A DNA stretch of 64,000 bases, taken from positions 91,142,001 to 91,206,000 of the forward strand of contig CM052817.1 of NCBI GenBank assembly GCA_028534125.1, read 5' to 3'. The translations under genes were made by a program, and so were the position numbers. Every line of letters starts with the position of its first letter. The first letter of the stretch is position 1. Under the pieces are notes generated by a model. That model saw only the letters and a program-made list of their open reading frames with translations, was not told the DNA's origin and made no database searches. Below are positions 37,950 through 51,050 of the stretch, piece after piece. The stretch comes from Lama glama (lineage: Eukaryota).

Positions 37950-38325
37950 GCAGCAGAGGCAATACGAGGTGTGCACTGGCCTTGTTTCCTTCTCCTCTTC
38001 CTGGGCCCACAGGAAGACCCCCTTCTCAGACTACTTTGCAGTTAATGTTAGGACACATGATTGGGTTCTGACCAATGGGACAGGATTGGAAGTCATGTTT
38101 GCTACTTCCAGAGCTGGTCGTAAACTTCCTGCACGAGAGTATCCACTCTGTCTCTCCTCCTGTTAGAGCATTTTCGTAGCCTTCCTGTTCCAGATGGCAT
38201 CGCTATGAGGTGGAGGAGGGGGTGAGACAGATGGGGGGCTGTGACCAAGGAGTAAACCCTCACTGTGTTAGGTCGCTCAAAAGCCAAGGCATATGTGTTA
38301 GCACAGCATAACATTAATTACACAT
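37950..38325 (+). mobile_element. MLT1J-like MaLR LTR
   Basis: ttgcagttaatgttaggacacatgattgggttctgaccaatggga...ggaagtcatgtttgctacttcc...taaaccctcactgtgttagg. Confidence 0.65.
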
Positions 38326-38689
38326 ACAAGTATACCCCAGATTAAGACTCTTCCTCTACCCTTTGAGAAATCTTACCCTCGGGTATTAGTCTTACTCTAA
38401 AATCTGTTTCCTTCCTCTCAGCTGTACCTTCAACCAGATCTAAATTATTCATCTCAAATAATGCCCCAAAGAAAGTGAGACTTGAGCAGAAAAGTCAATG
38501 ATGACTTTGGCACTTCAAGCCCCACAGAGGAGTACAGTGAGATATCCTCAGACCAGGAAATGCCTGGAGTGGTCACACAGTTAAAGGCAATGAGTGAAAC
38601 AGGCTGGGCACAAAACTATAGCAAATTAGGTAGGGCATCCTTGTCTAAAGGAAGCAGCCTCTACCAATCTCCCCAACTGTTACCATGCA

Positions 38690-38882
38690 GACTGGGGAGC
38701 CAGTGTTGCCAGATCTTCCAGTTGCTTAAAAGAAGATAGAAATCTGGGTTTCTATATAAAATCTTCAGTTTTGTCATGTTACAACTATCAAATGAAAAAC
38801 AAACACTTTGTACACCAAACAAAACTGTGCTGCCTGCTATATCAGCCCCTACGATATCACATCACCATTTTGCATCCTCTTT
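38690..38882. mobile_element. MER103-like hAT-Charlie fragment
   Basis: cccagtgttgccagatcttccagttg...agaaatctgggtttctatataaaatct. Confidence 0.6.
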
Positions 38883-39078
38883 TCCAAATCTGTATGATTT
38901 ATTTAATTCCCTCCCTATAATTGTGTGACAATTAATTAAGAGAAACCTCACCAAAATGGAATCAGGAGTCCAGAAGGGGGAGCTCTCACATACATACACT
39001 CACATACAGATCCCAACAGAAAGAGATGTTACTTCCAGCAGGAAGTCACACTTTACTACTGGCAGCAGAAGGGAGAAA

Positions 39079-39578
39079 NNNNNNNNNNNNNNNNNNNNNN
39101 NNNNNNNNNNNNNNNNNNNNNNNNNNNNNNNNNNNNNNNNNNNNNNNNNNNNNNNNNNNNNNNNNNNNNNNNNNNNNNNNNNNNNNNNNNNNNNNNNNNN
39201 NNNNNNNNNNNNNNNNNNNNNNNNNNNNNNNNNNNNNNNNNNNNNNNNNNNNNNNNNNNNNNNNNNNNNNNNNNNNNNNNNNNNNNNNNNNNNNNNNNNN
39301 NNNNNNNNNNNNNNNNNNNNNNNNNNNNNNNNNNNNNNNNNNNNNNNNNNNNNNNNNNNNNNNNNNNNNNNNNNNNNNNNNNNNNNNNNNNNNNNNNNNN
39401 NNNNNNNNNNNNNNNNNNNNNNNNNNNNNNNNNNNNNNNNNNNNNNNNNNNNNNNNNNNNNNNNNNNNNNNNNNNNNNNNNNNNNNNNNNNNNNNNNNNN
39501 NNNNNNNNNNNNNNNNNNNNNNNNNNNNNNNNNNNNNNNNNNNNNNNNNNNNNNNNNNNNNNNNNNNNNNNNNNNNNN
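39079..39578. other. Assembly gap, exactly 500 N
   Basis: Run of 500 N. The round length suggests a placeholder of unknown true size. Confidence 0.99.
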
Positions 39579-39579
39579 A

Positions 39580-40128
39580 AGTCTAACTGTTTGGGTGGTT
39601 TTACAGCATTTTCACTGTGTTCACCATCCTCAATTCTCAAGATTAGTCAAACATACTAACAGCACTATTAAGACCCAACTGGCAAAATTCATAGAAATTC
39701 TCCAAATACCCTAGTCAAAAGCATTGCACTTGTCCTTGTAAGTCTCAGATCCTCCCCTTTCAGACCTCATAAACTCTCACACTTTGACACAGTTACAGGA
39801 TGCCCAATGCACCCGAACCCCTGCCTCTTTTGAATCTGCAGCTGATAAAAGGAGATACACTTCAATATTGTAAAGGTCTAATTGCTTCCATTAAGAAAAA
39901 CCATGTCTGACAGAGCAACTTTTTCACAGTGAGCTTTCAGGATACAAAGATTTTAACTATCATACCTTTCAACCTGGACATGTTTCTCTATTAGCAAAGA
40001 CACCTCCAGAATGACTCTCTTCAACCTCGCAGGAAATGCCCCTATCAGGTACCGATAACCAACCCTCATGCCACCAAAGTCCAAGGAATAGACCCTGGAT
40101 TCACATGACACATCTAAAGAAAGCTCCA
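39580..40128 (+). pseudogene. ERV1 pol integrase remnant (end of core domain plus C-terminal GPY/F module)
   Basis: LQHFHCVHHPQFSRLVKHTNSTIKTQLAK resembles HCAYHPQSSGLVERTNGIIKTQL. QRHLQNDSLQPRRKCPYQV...QGID-WIHMTHLKKAP resembles QPRWKGPYQV...WIHxSHLK. Multiple stops and frameshifts. Confidence 0.88.
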
Positions 40129-40642
40129 AACCCTGACTTGACCTGCATACCATCTGCTGACCTGAAGGTAAAGATTTCCCAGAAATGAGGCAGATGATAT
40201 CAGTAACATAGGCAGATGAGACAGCCTGTATTACTGATAAGACATTTGCTGCCAAACAGTCTCTTTTGAGATAACAATACTGTTTAATCACTGCATGTTT
40301 ATTCCTGCACCGTGTCTCCATAAAGCACTTAATTCCTTCAGTTTTAAGTGTGCCCTTGCTGTAGTCACTATTCTAAGATACAGACTTTAGATGGAAAATG
40401 CCTAGATCTCCCTTCCTCACTGTTACTCAAATGTGACCACAATAGTTTTCCAATCAGTGTATCTTCCCTCCAAGTGGAATACAACACCCAGAAGAGGTCC
40501 TTCCTGGCATGGAGGGACAAAAGGCCATGGAATGCTGGTAAAAAAAAAAAAATTAAATAAATTAAAACAAAACAAAACAAAACACAACCTGATTCTTGAT
40601 CAGGGATGTTTTTTGAGAAAAATCTTGATCCAAAGGGGAAAA

Positions 40643-41101
40643 TGTGAAAGTTAATACAGGAAAACCTCACTATGAGAGAGAGTCAGGAGTCCAGAAGAAG
40701 GAACTTTCACACACATACCACTCACAGATGTACAGATCTCAAAAGAAAAAGATGTACGTTGCATCTCTGGCAAGAATTGACACTACTTTATTACTGCCAG
40801 CAGAAGGAAGAAAGATTTTCTCCATGCCAGGCAACAGCTCAGCCAATAAGAGACTGTTGCAACTCAACCAATAAAAAGTCACTATACTTTGAACACCCAG
40901 TTTCCTCCAATGGACCTTTTGTTTATAACAGCCCCTCCCAACTTCCCTTTCTCCTCTATAAAAGAGTTTTCTCCCCTTTGTTTTACCAGACTTGCATGTG
41001 GTTCACCATAGTTGCATTTCCCAAACTGCAATTCTTTATTGCTCTCAATAAGCCCATTTTGCTAGTAAAATAATTTATTGTTTTATAGTTTTAGATTAAC
41101 A
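40643..41101 (+). mobile_element. 3' LTR of the provirus
   Basis: TG...CA termini, CCAAT boxes (40843, 40868, 40907), TATA-like ctataaaa near 40956. Confidence 0.85.
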
Positions 41102-41389
41102 GTTTGCAAGGCTCCTTCTCTCACAGTGAAGTTAATATCCTATAGAATTATGAAGGCCAATATCTTTCCTTTACCACCAGTCCTCCCATATGCCCAAAGT
41201 CAAATTGTGCCCCAATGGTCAGCTGGAAACAAGAATCCAATCCATCCATAAGTCATAAGTTTTATATACACATATATATACATATATGTGTATATATATA
41301 TATATAAGTTAAGATATATGTGTATATCGACTGCAGCTCCCTTACCTACACCAGGGCCTGCCTCAAGCTTTAAAGCTGCTATAACATAT

Positions 41390-42095
41390 TGAGATTCCTC
41401 AAAAACTAAAAATAGACTTAACATATGATCCAGCAATCCCACTCCTGGGCATATATCTGGAGAAAACTATAATTTGAAAAGATACATGCACCCCACTGTT
41501 CATAGCAGCACTATAACTATTTACAATAGTCAAGACATGGAAACAACCTAAATGTCCATCGACCGATGAATGGGTAAAGAAGATGTGGTGTATATATATA
41601 CATACACACACATATATATACAATGAAATATTACTCAGCCATAAAAAGAATGAAACAATGCCATTTGCAGCAACATGGATGGACCTAGAGATTATGATAT
41701 TAAATGAAGTAAGTCAGACAGAGAAAGACAAATATCATACGATGTCACTTATATGTGGAATCTAAAAAAAAAAAATACAAATTTTATTTACAAACCAGAA
41801 ATAGATTCATGGACATAGAAAACAAACTGTGGTTACCAGGGGGGATGGTAGGGGGAAAGAAATAAATCAGGAGTTTGAGATTAGCAGATAGAAACTGCTA
41901 TATATAAAATAGATAAATAGCAAGGACATACCACACAGCACAGGAAACTATATTCAATTTTTTCAATGAACTGTAATGGAAAAGAATCTGAAAAATATAT
42001 GTATATATGTGTAACTGAATCACTTTGCTGTACACTTGAAACTAACATTGTAAATTGACTACACTTCAATTAAAAATAAGAATTTTTTTTAATTT
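41390..42095 (+). mobile_element. 5'-truncated L1 (ORF2 C-terminus plus 3'UTR)
   Basis: catatgatccagcaatcccactcctgggcatatatctggag...gcaacatggatggacctagag...aattgactacacttcaattaaaaa. Confidence 0.93.
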
Positions 42096-42699
42096 CAAAA
42101 ATTACTATAAGCAAGGACTCCTTTAAATTCTTAGGCAGGGTCTGTCCTTGCTGTATCCTCTCTGGAGAAAGAGGGAAGAGGGCCATTCATGATTATAGCC
42201 TCACACAGAGCCACCTCTCTCATCCAAATATTCCTGTGAGCCACAGCCTACAAATGTGAAATAACGTCAGGAATTAGAACTATTTTTCTGTGTGCCTGTA
42301 CTACAATTTTTCTCAGAAAAAAAAGGCTCGCCAGCTTTTAGAAAGATCAAATAGAATTTGAAAATCACCCTACTTTATGTGGCAAGAGCTTTAAGAACCA
42401 GAGAAAAGCATTTGCAAGCAAATGGGTCAGAAGATGTTTCCACGATTATCTCTTCCAGAGTAGAGAAGTTTGAAACCAGAGAAAATGGGTGTTGCCGGGG
42501 CGAGGGGGCAGGTAAGGAGGGATGGATGAGAATCTCAGAAATAGAGATGGAATAACTTTCTGCCACACATGTGGGCTCCAAGCACAGAGAGGCTGCATTT
42601 CAAGCAGAAAGCTCTTTTCAAAGCACAAATATTGGAAAAACAGAGCAAGACATCAGCACCTTCTAAACACAGCTGTGTTTGTCCACACCTTCTCCCTGA

Positions 42700-43800
42700 C
42701 AGGCCGTGTTTGATTTAACCTGGCAACCCAGGAGCGAAAGGCTCCCGCACCCGGTTGTTCAGTCCCTGGGACTCCTCATCTCCCAGCATTGTTATGGCTC
42801 ATGTCGGATATAGTAAACGGACCTCTAAACGTCGCAGCCAATAGAGGAATTTTTAAGAAATCTTTGGAGTTTCATATTAAATGTGTGTTTAGAGGGCTGG
42901 GATTTGTATTTATTCTGGAAAGAAAAAAATACAGCCACCTGTTCTGAGGATCATGAGCTACTCTTACTGGGGTGAACTTTACCAACCGGCTTCAGCCCAT
43001 CACGATCATCTGAGTCACAACCAGGAGAATGTATTTATTAGCATTGGAGGAAAAAAAGAAAGGAAAAGCGGATGGAAGATTTGCCAACCGGTTGGGCTGG
43101 GCAAGTTACAGGGTTCGGCAGACTATTTTGAGAGTTCTGGGTCACCTGAGAGTGAGGAGCCCACCGAAGCAGTCAGGGAAGCAGAAAGCCCCGGGCTGTC
43201 ATCAGGATTACGGCTGTAGCGGTTATCTCCAGCCTGCATCACCGCAGCGCGAGGCTGCGGAGTTTACAAGAGAGCGCTGACGGTGCAGTGTCAGCGTGTC
43301 CCTAGTTAGGGCCTGAGGGTACAACCGACTGAGCATCAGCAACCAATAGATAACAACAAAAGCCATTATCTCTCTCCCGGCTGGGCTGCCAAGTGCAGGG
43401 GCCAGGATCGCCTGGTGTTTGCAGTTTCCATGGCAGCGCTGTTTTGTTCTAGCTGGAAAAGTACACAGAGAGGACCGGATAAACATTGCAGGAAATGACA
43501 CGAACAACCCAAGTACTGAGCCTGGGATCTCATGGCAGGCTTTTTGCCCTTTGTGAGTCAGCGGCTGAGGTGAGGAAGGATGCTTTTCTAGAGATGCCCG
43601 GAAACTAACAGCTCTCAAGCGCCGTGCCCGGCTGAGCGCAGCCATTCATCCGAGGCTAGAGCTCTGGGCTTCCCTATTCCATCTCCCAGGTCGTTGAAAA
43701 AGCGTGCAGTATACTCAGAATGCTGTTAAAAGGTTGAGAGACCCTCTGCGCAGGAAGAGTGAGGGGTAGGAGCGAGGCGCTGCTGTTCTCTTATGCTCCA
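42700..43800. promoter_or_regulatory. CpG-enriched enhancer- or promoter-like block
   Basis: X-box GTTTCCATGGCAGC at 43424-43437, CCAAT at 42838 and 43343, AP-1 TGAGTCA at 43011 and 43554, ETS CCGGAA near 43598. Confidence 0.4.
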
Positions 43801-44028
43801 GATTCTTTAAAGCCTTTGCTCCTCTCTCACCTCAGTGCTGCTCAGCCACCACACGGCCACGGAGGGAGCACTGCAGAGGGGTCTCTTAAGTCCGGTGCCT
43901 GATATGGAGCATCATCCTCCACGCCTCTGTGTTAGAGGCTGCAGAGGTGCCAACACCTCCGCCCCTTACCATGCAGAGCGCTGGGGAAGACATGGGGGCG
44001 GGGGAGGACATGGGAGCGACGGAGGGGG

Positions 44029-44662
44029 TGTTAGAGCAGGCAGGCAGCTAGAAATGAGCAGAGAAAGGGGGACACAGACCAAACAGAAAGGAGGGGCACA
44101 GGCCAAATGCAGGAAAACATACATCATGTAAGCACCAGAAGTCCCTGGGCAGAGAAAGAAAAGCAGGAACCTCTGGGCTGATAAGTGGTCACACCTTTGG
44201 GGGTGATGAGTGGCCTAGAGGTTGACAAAGAAAGGTGGGAAAAGGCAGGAATCTCCAGTGTCCAAATGTAGTATTTTGCTCATTATTTTCTCATTTCAAT
44301 AAAATTAGCCTTGCAGATTCCATCATGCACAGATGCCATTACACTTTAATTCAGACTAAATAAGGCCAAAAATCTCTCCTCCCTTTGGGAAGGTGGAGTT
44401 GGGATGAAAATCAGGAAATAGGACCCCAAACCTTTCCCTCCCCAATGAATATTCCGCCTATTCATTTTTATACTCTGTGTAACCAACTTGCCAAAGAAAC
44501 TCAGGGCAGCTGCTCACCTGAGCCTGCCTGCTCTCCCCTTGAGAGTGTACTATTCCTCCCTTAATAAATCTCCACTTTACTTTCTTAACTTCCATGTCTT
44601 GTCTCTGAATTCTTTCTGGGACAGGACAAGAACCTGGATCCCAGCTACATCTACAACCAACA
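44029..44662 (+). mobile_element. ERV1-type (MER41-like) solo LTR
   Basis: TG...CA termini, 4-bp TSD GGGG, AATAAA near 44563, typical U5 text ctctgaattctttc...aagaacc. Confidence 0.85.
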
Positions 44663-45084
44663 GGGGCATTAATCCATGATTGGGACCCATTATTTGCTGG
44701 ACATACAGCTACTATTTGCTACTAAGGAAGGAAGGAGGAAAAAAGACCCAGTCCCAGCCTGATGTATGAACCGCGCAGTATATAACAGGTCTAATTCACT
44801 TTCATTTGTTTCCATCTACTGGCCAGAGAATGAACTAGAGAAGGAAGCAGAGTTATTTCCAGCACTAAGAAAGTTCAGTAATTTCTTAATATTACAACAA
44901 CAAAGCATCTCAGCAGTTTTTTTTTTAAGTGTTAAAGTCCCCTAATTTAAAGATTCTTAATTATTTGTATGCCATTCCCTCACTGTCATCATCGTCTCAA
45001 TCAGACAAACAGGAAAAATCAGAGGTTCCATTAAGTTTTATGTCTGCAAGAGGTCATAAACGTCAAATTAAGGATAAAGAGGTC

Positions 45085-45412
45085 AGGGAGTGGATAAAGC
45101 TCAGTGGTAGAGTGCATGCCTAGCATGCGCGAGGTCCTGGGTTCAACCCCCAGTACCTTCATTAAAAATAAACAAATAAATATATTTAATTACCTCCCCC
45201 CAAAAAACGTTTTTTAAGAAATGGGGGGCAGGGTATAGCTCAGTGGTAGAATGCATGCGTAGCACGATGAGGTCCTGAATTCAATCCCCAGTACTTCCAT
45301 TTTATAAACAAATGAATAAATAGATAAATAAATAAACTTAATTATCCAACAATAAAAAAAAGTAAAATAATTCTTTTTTAAAAACAGAAGAAAAAGAAAA
45401 GAAAAGAAAAAA
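45085..45412 (+). mobile_element. Two tandem tRNA-Ala SINEs (vic-1 type) within one TSD
   Basis: Heads at 45085 and ~45222, each with A and B boxes. Exact 16-bp TSD taaggataaagaggtc at 45069-45084 / 45413-45428. Confidence 0.92.
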
Positions 45413-46409
45413 TAAGGATAAAGAGGTCTCAAGCCCTGGATCCTAGCCACAAAATCATCTCATTAGTCTGCTGACACCGCTTGTTCCCTGCTCTCCGTGT
45501 ACATGGAGGGTAGGATGCAAATAGACTAGCCGCCTCCATCCTCCCTGTTCTAGGATGTGGCTGCTGCAACATCACTTATTCTGGGTGAGGATCCAGCTTA
45601 CTGCATCCTTGTGTGACCTGAAGTCCTCCCCTGTCTGAATATCTGTACATTTGGACCTTCAGGTTAATGGTCTTAAGACTATTAAACATTTAAATGTCTT
45701 TCATTTAGGTGAGCCAAAAAATAGGATGGCCTCAGCAACATTCATAATGTCAAAGTTAAAAGGGATGGGAGGACGGACCTGAGATGGAAGGAGCTGGGGA
45801 AAATCCACATATTTAAACCTATATGGTAAACAAAGGACAGCTGCCCTAAGAATTGGTTTTAGCAAGGATCGAAATTCAGACCTCCTTTGTCTTTGTCTCT
45901 TCAGATTCAGAAGCAGTTGCCAGACACATGATAGGTGCTCCTAGTTATTTGTGGAACCAATGATATGCCCCAGGCTCCAGCATCATCATGAAAAGAAGTG
46001 TCCACAGAACAGTTAAACACACCTGAGGCTCACCTGCTCAGCTTCTGAGCTGCTCCCCTTGAATCCTGTGGGGTTCTCAGCCCACAAGGAGCCCCTGAGT
46101 CTTCAAGTCACTGTTCCAACCAATGCAGGTCATGCCTTGAGGGGGAAAAGAGGCAGCAATTTCTGCCCCTGTGTTCCAGCCCTAGGTGAGGATGCATTCA
46201 TTTTAATTTTGAGTTAAGAACAAGAACACATGTAACCCTGCATCCCCTCAGGAAAGAACAAATGTGTCACCATCCACATAATGTCACGTTCATGAACAGC
46301 CCTCTGTCTGAGTCCACACAAAGCACTCTCAAGACTGATTTGGTGGGAGGAAATAACAAAACAAAACAACACAAAACAGAAACCCCTGACACCTAGGAAT
46401 TTATTGCCT

Positions 46410-46650
46410 AATAGTCATCATTTAAGGAGTTTCTAGTAACCACCATGCACGTGCTAAGCATGTTCCTAACACTGACTGACTCTTCACACTTGTAAAATGA
46501 GGTGACTCCTCATTTTCCAAGTGAAGGAACAGAGCTCAGAGAGGTGAAGTAGCTTGCCCTAGACCACACAGCTAGTAAGCGATGGAGCCAAAATTGGAAT
46601 CCAGGTTTGACTGACCCCAAATTCCAGACATGCTCTTTATCATTACATTA
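46410..46650 (-). mobile_element. MIR
   Basis: cattttccaagtgaaggaacagagctcagagaggtgaagtagcttgccctagaccacacagctagtaag. Confidence 0.85.
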
Positions 46651-46769
46651 AACTAGTTCTCCAGCCTAAGGCAAAAGGCAATAGACATGCTGTATAAATG
46701 ATAAATGAGGCTACAGTATTCCAACCACCGCTCCCCAGATAGGCAAGAGGGGAAAACATTGGAAATGCT

Positions 46770-47600
46770 CGGTTGTTTTTCCATTTTTTCTAAGTAGGTA
46801 AAAGATTTACAGGTTTTAAAAATCAATCTTCAGGGGTACAGAGTGAAACAACTTTATTCCCCCGCCATTCTCAGTCAGCTCTCTTAAAAAAGATAACCAC
46901 TTTATCAGATTTTTAGGAAATCCTTCAGAGTTCCTCTATGCAAATATTAGCACATATGAATAGATATTTTTCCTCCTTGTTTTTCACAAAAAGTAATGCA
47001 CTCTACATCCTGTTCTGTACCTAGTTTTTTTCCCACTTAACCAAAGATTTATCAGCATTTCCATACCAATACATAGAGGCTTTCCTCTTCTTTTATACTG
47101 CAGGATAGAATTGGCTGAGTATTCTGTTGTATCAACATGTCATAAGTGATTTCATCAGGTCCATGCTGATGGACAATTGGATTGTTGCCAATCTTTTGCC
47201 ATTAAGAAAAATGCTACAATGAACAACTCTGAACATATTACCATTTCCAAAGGTGCCAGTATCTCTGTACGATAAATTCCTAAACGGGATAGCTGGATCC
47301 AAAGATATACACATTTGCAGTTAAGACCTGTATTAGCAATTTGGCCTCCATAGGAGAGACATCAGTGTGTACTAGCAAGTACAAGAGCGCCTATTTCCTG
47401 ATCAGCTTGACGAGAGGGATTGTCAAAGCTTGAGTCCATCCAATCTGATAAGTAAAAAATGGGCTATCTCCACATAGCTTGAATTTCTCTTATTATTATT
47501 CTCTTTACTCTTATTATGAGTAAGGCTCAGATCTTTTCTTATATTTAGGAGACTTTTATTTCCTTTGGGGGACTTCCTTTACCCATTCTTTTCTATTGTT
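46770..47600 (-). mobile_element. Ancient L1 (L1MD/ME-like)
   Basis: gatggacaattggattgttgccaatcttttgccatt...ggataaattcctaaacgggatagctggatccaaag. Confidence 0.75.
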
Positions 47601-47604
47601 ATTT

Positions 47605-47730
47605 TCCCCATTTTAAAAATGAAAACTGAGGCACAGAGGACATGAGAGACTGTTGCAGGAAAAAAAGTCGTGAACTGGTGAAGCCAAAATTTGAACCCAG
47701 GTCTGTCCAGAACCTGAAAGGTTAACCACC
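47605..47730 (-). mobile_element. MIR
   Basis: ccccattttaaaaatgaaaactgaggcacagag...atttgaacccaggtctg. Confidence 0.7.
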
Positions 47731-49477
47731 AACACAAACTGTCTCTTATTATTTAAAAAAAGAACTAGTAATGGAGTTGTATGTTCAGAAAGAGAACAAA
47801 AGTGAGGTTTCAGTTGTCTCAATATGTTTTTATGAGTTTGACATAAAAGTGTGAAGATAATGTTTGAGTTCCGTCAGACTCGTTTTCATAATAAAAATCT
47901 CAAAGTAACGGTAAGAAGTACTGATGGGAATCTGTGAGGCTGGTCTGTAAGGGCTCAGTTCAATTAACCTGTGCTGTCCCCCTCGGTTACAGTGCTTTAG
48001 GGCAAGTACTCCAAGAGTTCTGCACAATCCTTGCTTTCAATAAGCATGTACCCTAATTAGGAAGGGCCTGCAATCTGCACATGAAATGTGCAAGGATCAA
48101 AATTGGAAACAAACATCCTAACTATACTAAGGAACTGTCTGAAAATAGGAACGATGCTAACTTACCAAATCATTCATTACTAGCAACACTCTCAATCAAA
48201 ATTTTATTTCAGAGGTAGATCAATGATGATGGCTAGAGTTAATAAAGGTCAGGTGAACACTGGTTTCTGTTTAGGATCCACATGGCTTCCTTCTTCTTTC
48301 CCAGGGATGGAGCCTCAGGCATGGTCCACACCAATCTGCACCCTACCCCCTAGCCAAGACGACAGACTCAGACAAGAGCGCTGCAGGCTAAGAGTGATTC
48401 TCGGGACTTTGGTTGGAAGTCTAGGATAAAGTTCTTATCTCTTCCTCTGAAAAGTGTGAAATAGAGTCATTTTTGTTATCACAAGGAAAGCCAGAGGGAA
48501 ACAGAACTTAAATTTTTTTAAAAAACAGAACAAAAAGCATAGCTCATGTCCTGTTGATTTCATGATGACAATGATGCCTTAAGATCAACCTCATGCCAAG
48601 CCCAGTTTACCTCCAGGCAACCCAGTGATGTGGGCCAATAGCATTCTTTATTATCTGAGAGAATCTGAGAAAACTTCTGTGGTTTGAAATCAAGAACTTC
48701 TAGGGGAGATTTCATGAGGATGTTAGTGTTTGACTGGACCTGAAGGACACATGGGAACTGGGTGATCTGTGGGTGGGGAGAACACCCCAGGAAAGAAGAC
48801 TGATCCGAGCAAAAGCAGGAATGCCGCTGCGGTGCTGACCCCCATCTTGTAGAATCTGCCTTCGAGGTGTGGCCGTACTCAGAGAGCCACTGTGCTCCAT
48901 TCCTGGTCACCGAGCTGCCAATTACTCATCCCTATTTCTTACTGTTTAAACTGATTGGAAGCACCTACCAATTCTCTCTTTTCTCCCCTCCACTTCTATG
49001 GGTTCTCTTCCTTGCTATTCTCTCTCTAGCAAATAACAGACTCCAGCATTTCCCTCAGGCATCAATCAAGACGCTCAGCTTCAAAACATGTTAATCACTT
49101 AACATGCAGGCTCTCCAAAAGGAGCCAAGTGCACCCATCCTGACTATTTCTCCCACTTTAGCCTGTTCCATGAGAACCTCTTTCTTTATCCAACCAGGCG
49201 ATCATAATCCAATTTACAGATTGACCCAGTCCTGAAACTGGTTACAATTAACTACGTAAATTCAGTATTATTGCAATTTATTTTCACTTTGTACCTAAAG
49301 TTTGGATTTATTCTAAACAGAAAGCAAGTCCTACGCCAGATGGTCTGGCAGATTTGCCTTTAGGACCTGTAAGCTGATATTGATTAAGCAGCAAAAGTCA
49401 TTCAGCTCACTTAAGAAGTAGTTCAGCTTTTGACAGCTGATGGCGCGGAGAAGGAGGAAAAGCCAGATCCAGTTTTG

Positions 49478-50070
49478 AGTGTTACCTATTATGTGTAACA
49501 ACATTACCACACCTTAGTAGCTTTAAAAAGACAAGCATACATTTATCATCTCACAGTTTCTGTGAGTCTGGAGTCTGATCACAGCTTACCTGGGTCCTCT
49601 GCTCTGTGTCTCACAAGGCTACAATCAAGGTGCTGATCTGGGCTTCAGTCTTATCTGAGACTAAGCTAGGGAAGGATCTGGTTCAATCTCACTTAAGTTG
49701 TCGGCAAAACGCAGCTCCTTGTGGTTGTAGGACAGTGAGCTTTCATTTTTTGCTGGATATCGGCTGGAGGCAGCCCTCAAATTCCACAGGCCATTTGCAC
49801 CTCCTTACCACATGAGGTTCCCCAATGTGGCTTCTTGCTTCTTTAAAGCCAGCAAGGGAGAGAGACTCCAGCAAGGTGGGAGCTACAATACTATGTAACA
49901 GGGTCCTGTAATCACATACACATAACCTCATACAGCCTGTCGCCTCAGCCACGTTGTGTTGGTTGGTAGAATGTCGCAGGTTCTGCCCACACTCAACAGA
50001 AGAGCGGTCAGAAGGGTCTGAACACGAGGAGGTGAGGGTTATGGGGGAATCACCTCAAGTCTGCCGCAAG
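49478..50070 (-). mobile_element. MLT1E-like MaLR LTR
   Basis: catttatcatctcacagtttctgtgagtctggagtctg...tctcacaaggctacaatcaaggtg...ttctgcccacactcaa. Confidence 0.8.
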
Positions 50071-50239
50071 GTGAGAGAAGACTTCATCTAAAATTAAATT
50101 TAAAATGTCTCCTTTTAAATATTCTAGCTTAGTCTTCTTGATTGAGACAACCACTTCCCTATCAAGCTCCTGGTTGAAATCAAAGAACACCAACAGTAGT
50201 CCGATAAGCACCCACCTTCCCCAGATGCCTGGGTGTCTA

Positions 50240-51050
50240 CCTCACCGCAAGCCCCGCACCGCACCGAGGTCCGCTCCGCGCGCTCCCTTCAACAGCTCCG
50301 CCCTCACCAGCGCACTGGGAGCAATGGGGTTTGTTTGCAGGCATAGGGGAGAGTGCAGCTTTCTTCCTGAGCCCGCTCACGGGGGATGCATTTGTGTGTG
50401 TCCGTGTGTGGTACTAAACTCCAAGGCCTGGTAGCAGAGATGATAGATCCCCCTGAAGAAAAATGACGGTCAGAATAAGAAGACGAGGCCAATTTGTCAC
50501 TTAACACAAAGTCTGATTGTGCTGCCCAAGAACAGCCTGGCACTGGGATTGATTACAAACAAGATGACACTTCCCTGTGGGCTGCCTCGCGCGTTATTAT
50601 AAATAAATACCATGCGTTTTAGCAGCTGCGTGACTGCGGCCGACAGATGATACGTCCGCGCCTCGGGAATACGGCCGACATCCCAGGGAGCGCAACGACC
50701 CTTCTCGCCCCGCAACAGGCGCTTTGCCTCATGTAACGCCGTTTCATAAATAAAAAAGGCTAGAGCAGAGCGCCATGAGAACAGAAAAGGAACACAGAGC
50801 TGGACTGATAGTCGGGATTCATCTCCTTGCAGGGCAGACTTCAAGGCGCGGTAGCATTTAGTTGCAAATGGCCTCGGGCCCTCGGGCCGGCCGCTCAGCA
50901 GCGGTGCGTTTGTGATTGTCCGCCTGCGGTGAGGCCCCAGAGAAGCACTTGATTCCTGGGGGCACTTCCTGAAAATCAGAGCGCGGTTTTCAAGATGGAA
51001 ATAAATCTATTGGATTTTCCAAATATCTCCTTACCCGCGCCCTGATGCTT
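50240..51050. promoter_or_regulatory. Weak CpG island or orphan CpG-rich element
   Basis: Highest CpG density in the window (e.g. ccgctccgcgcgctccc, tacgtccgcgcctcgg, ggccggccgctcagcagcgg), with no recognised repeat. Confidence 0.5.

Larger units (their letters stand above)
38924..41101 (+). mobile_element. Decayed ERV1 (gamma-like) provirus: 5' LTR start, gap, integrase remnant, PPT, 3' LTR
   Basis: 38924-39078 is homologous to the start of the LTR at 40643. PPT aaaggggaaaa at 40632-40642. Integrase motifs lie between the LTRs. Confidence 0.85.

Noticed and set aside
38956..39714. ORFs of 252, 186 and 194 aa spanning this interval
   Set aside because: They are artefacts of translating the 500-N gap. 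Only the post-gap integrase fragment is meaningful.
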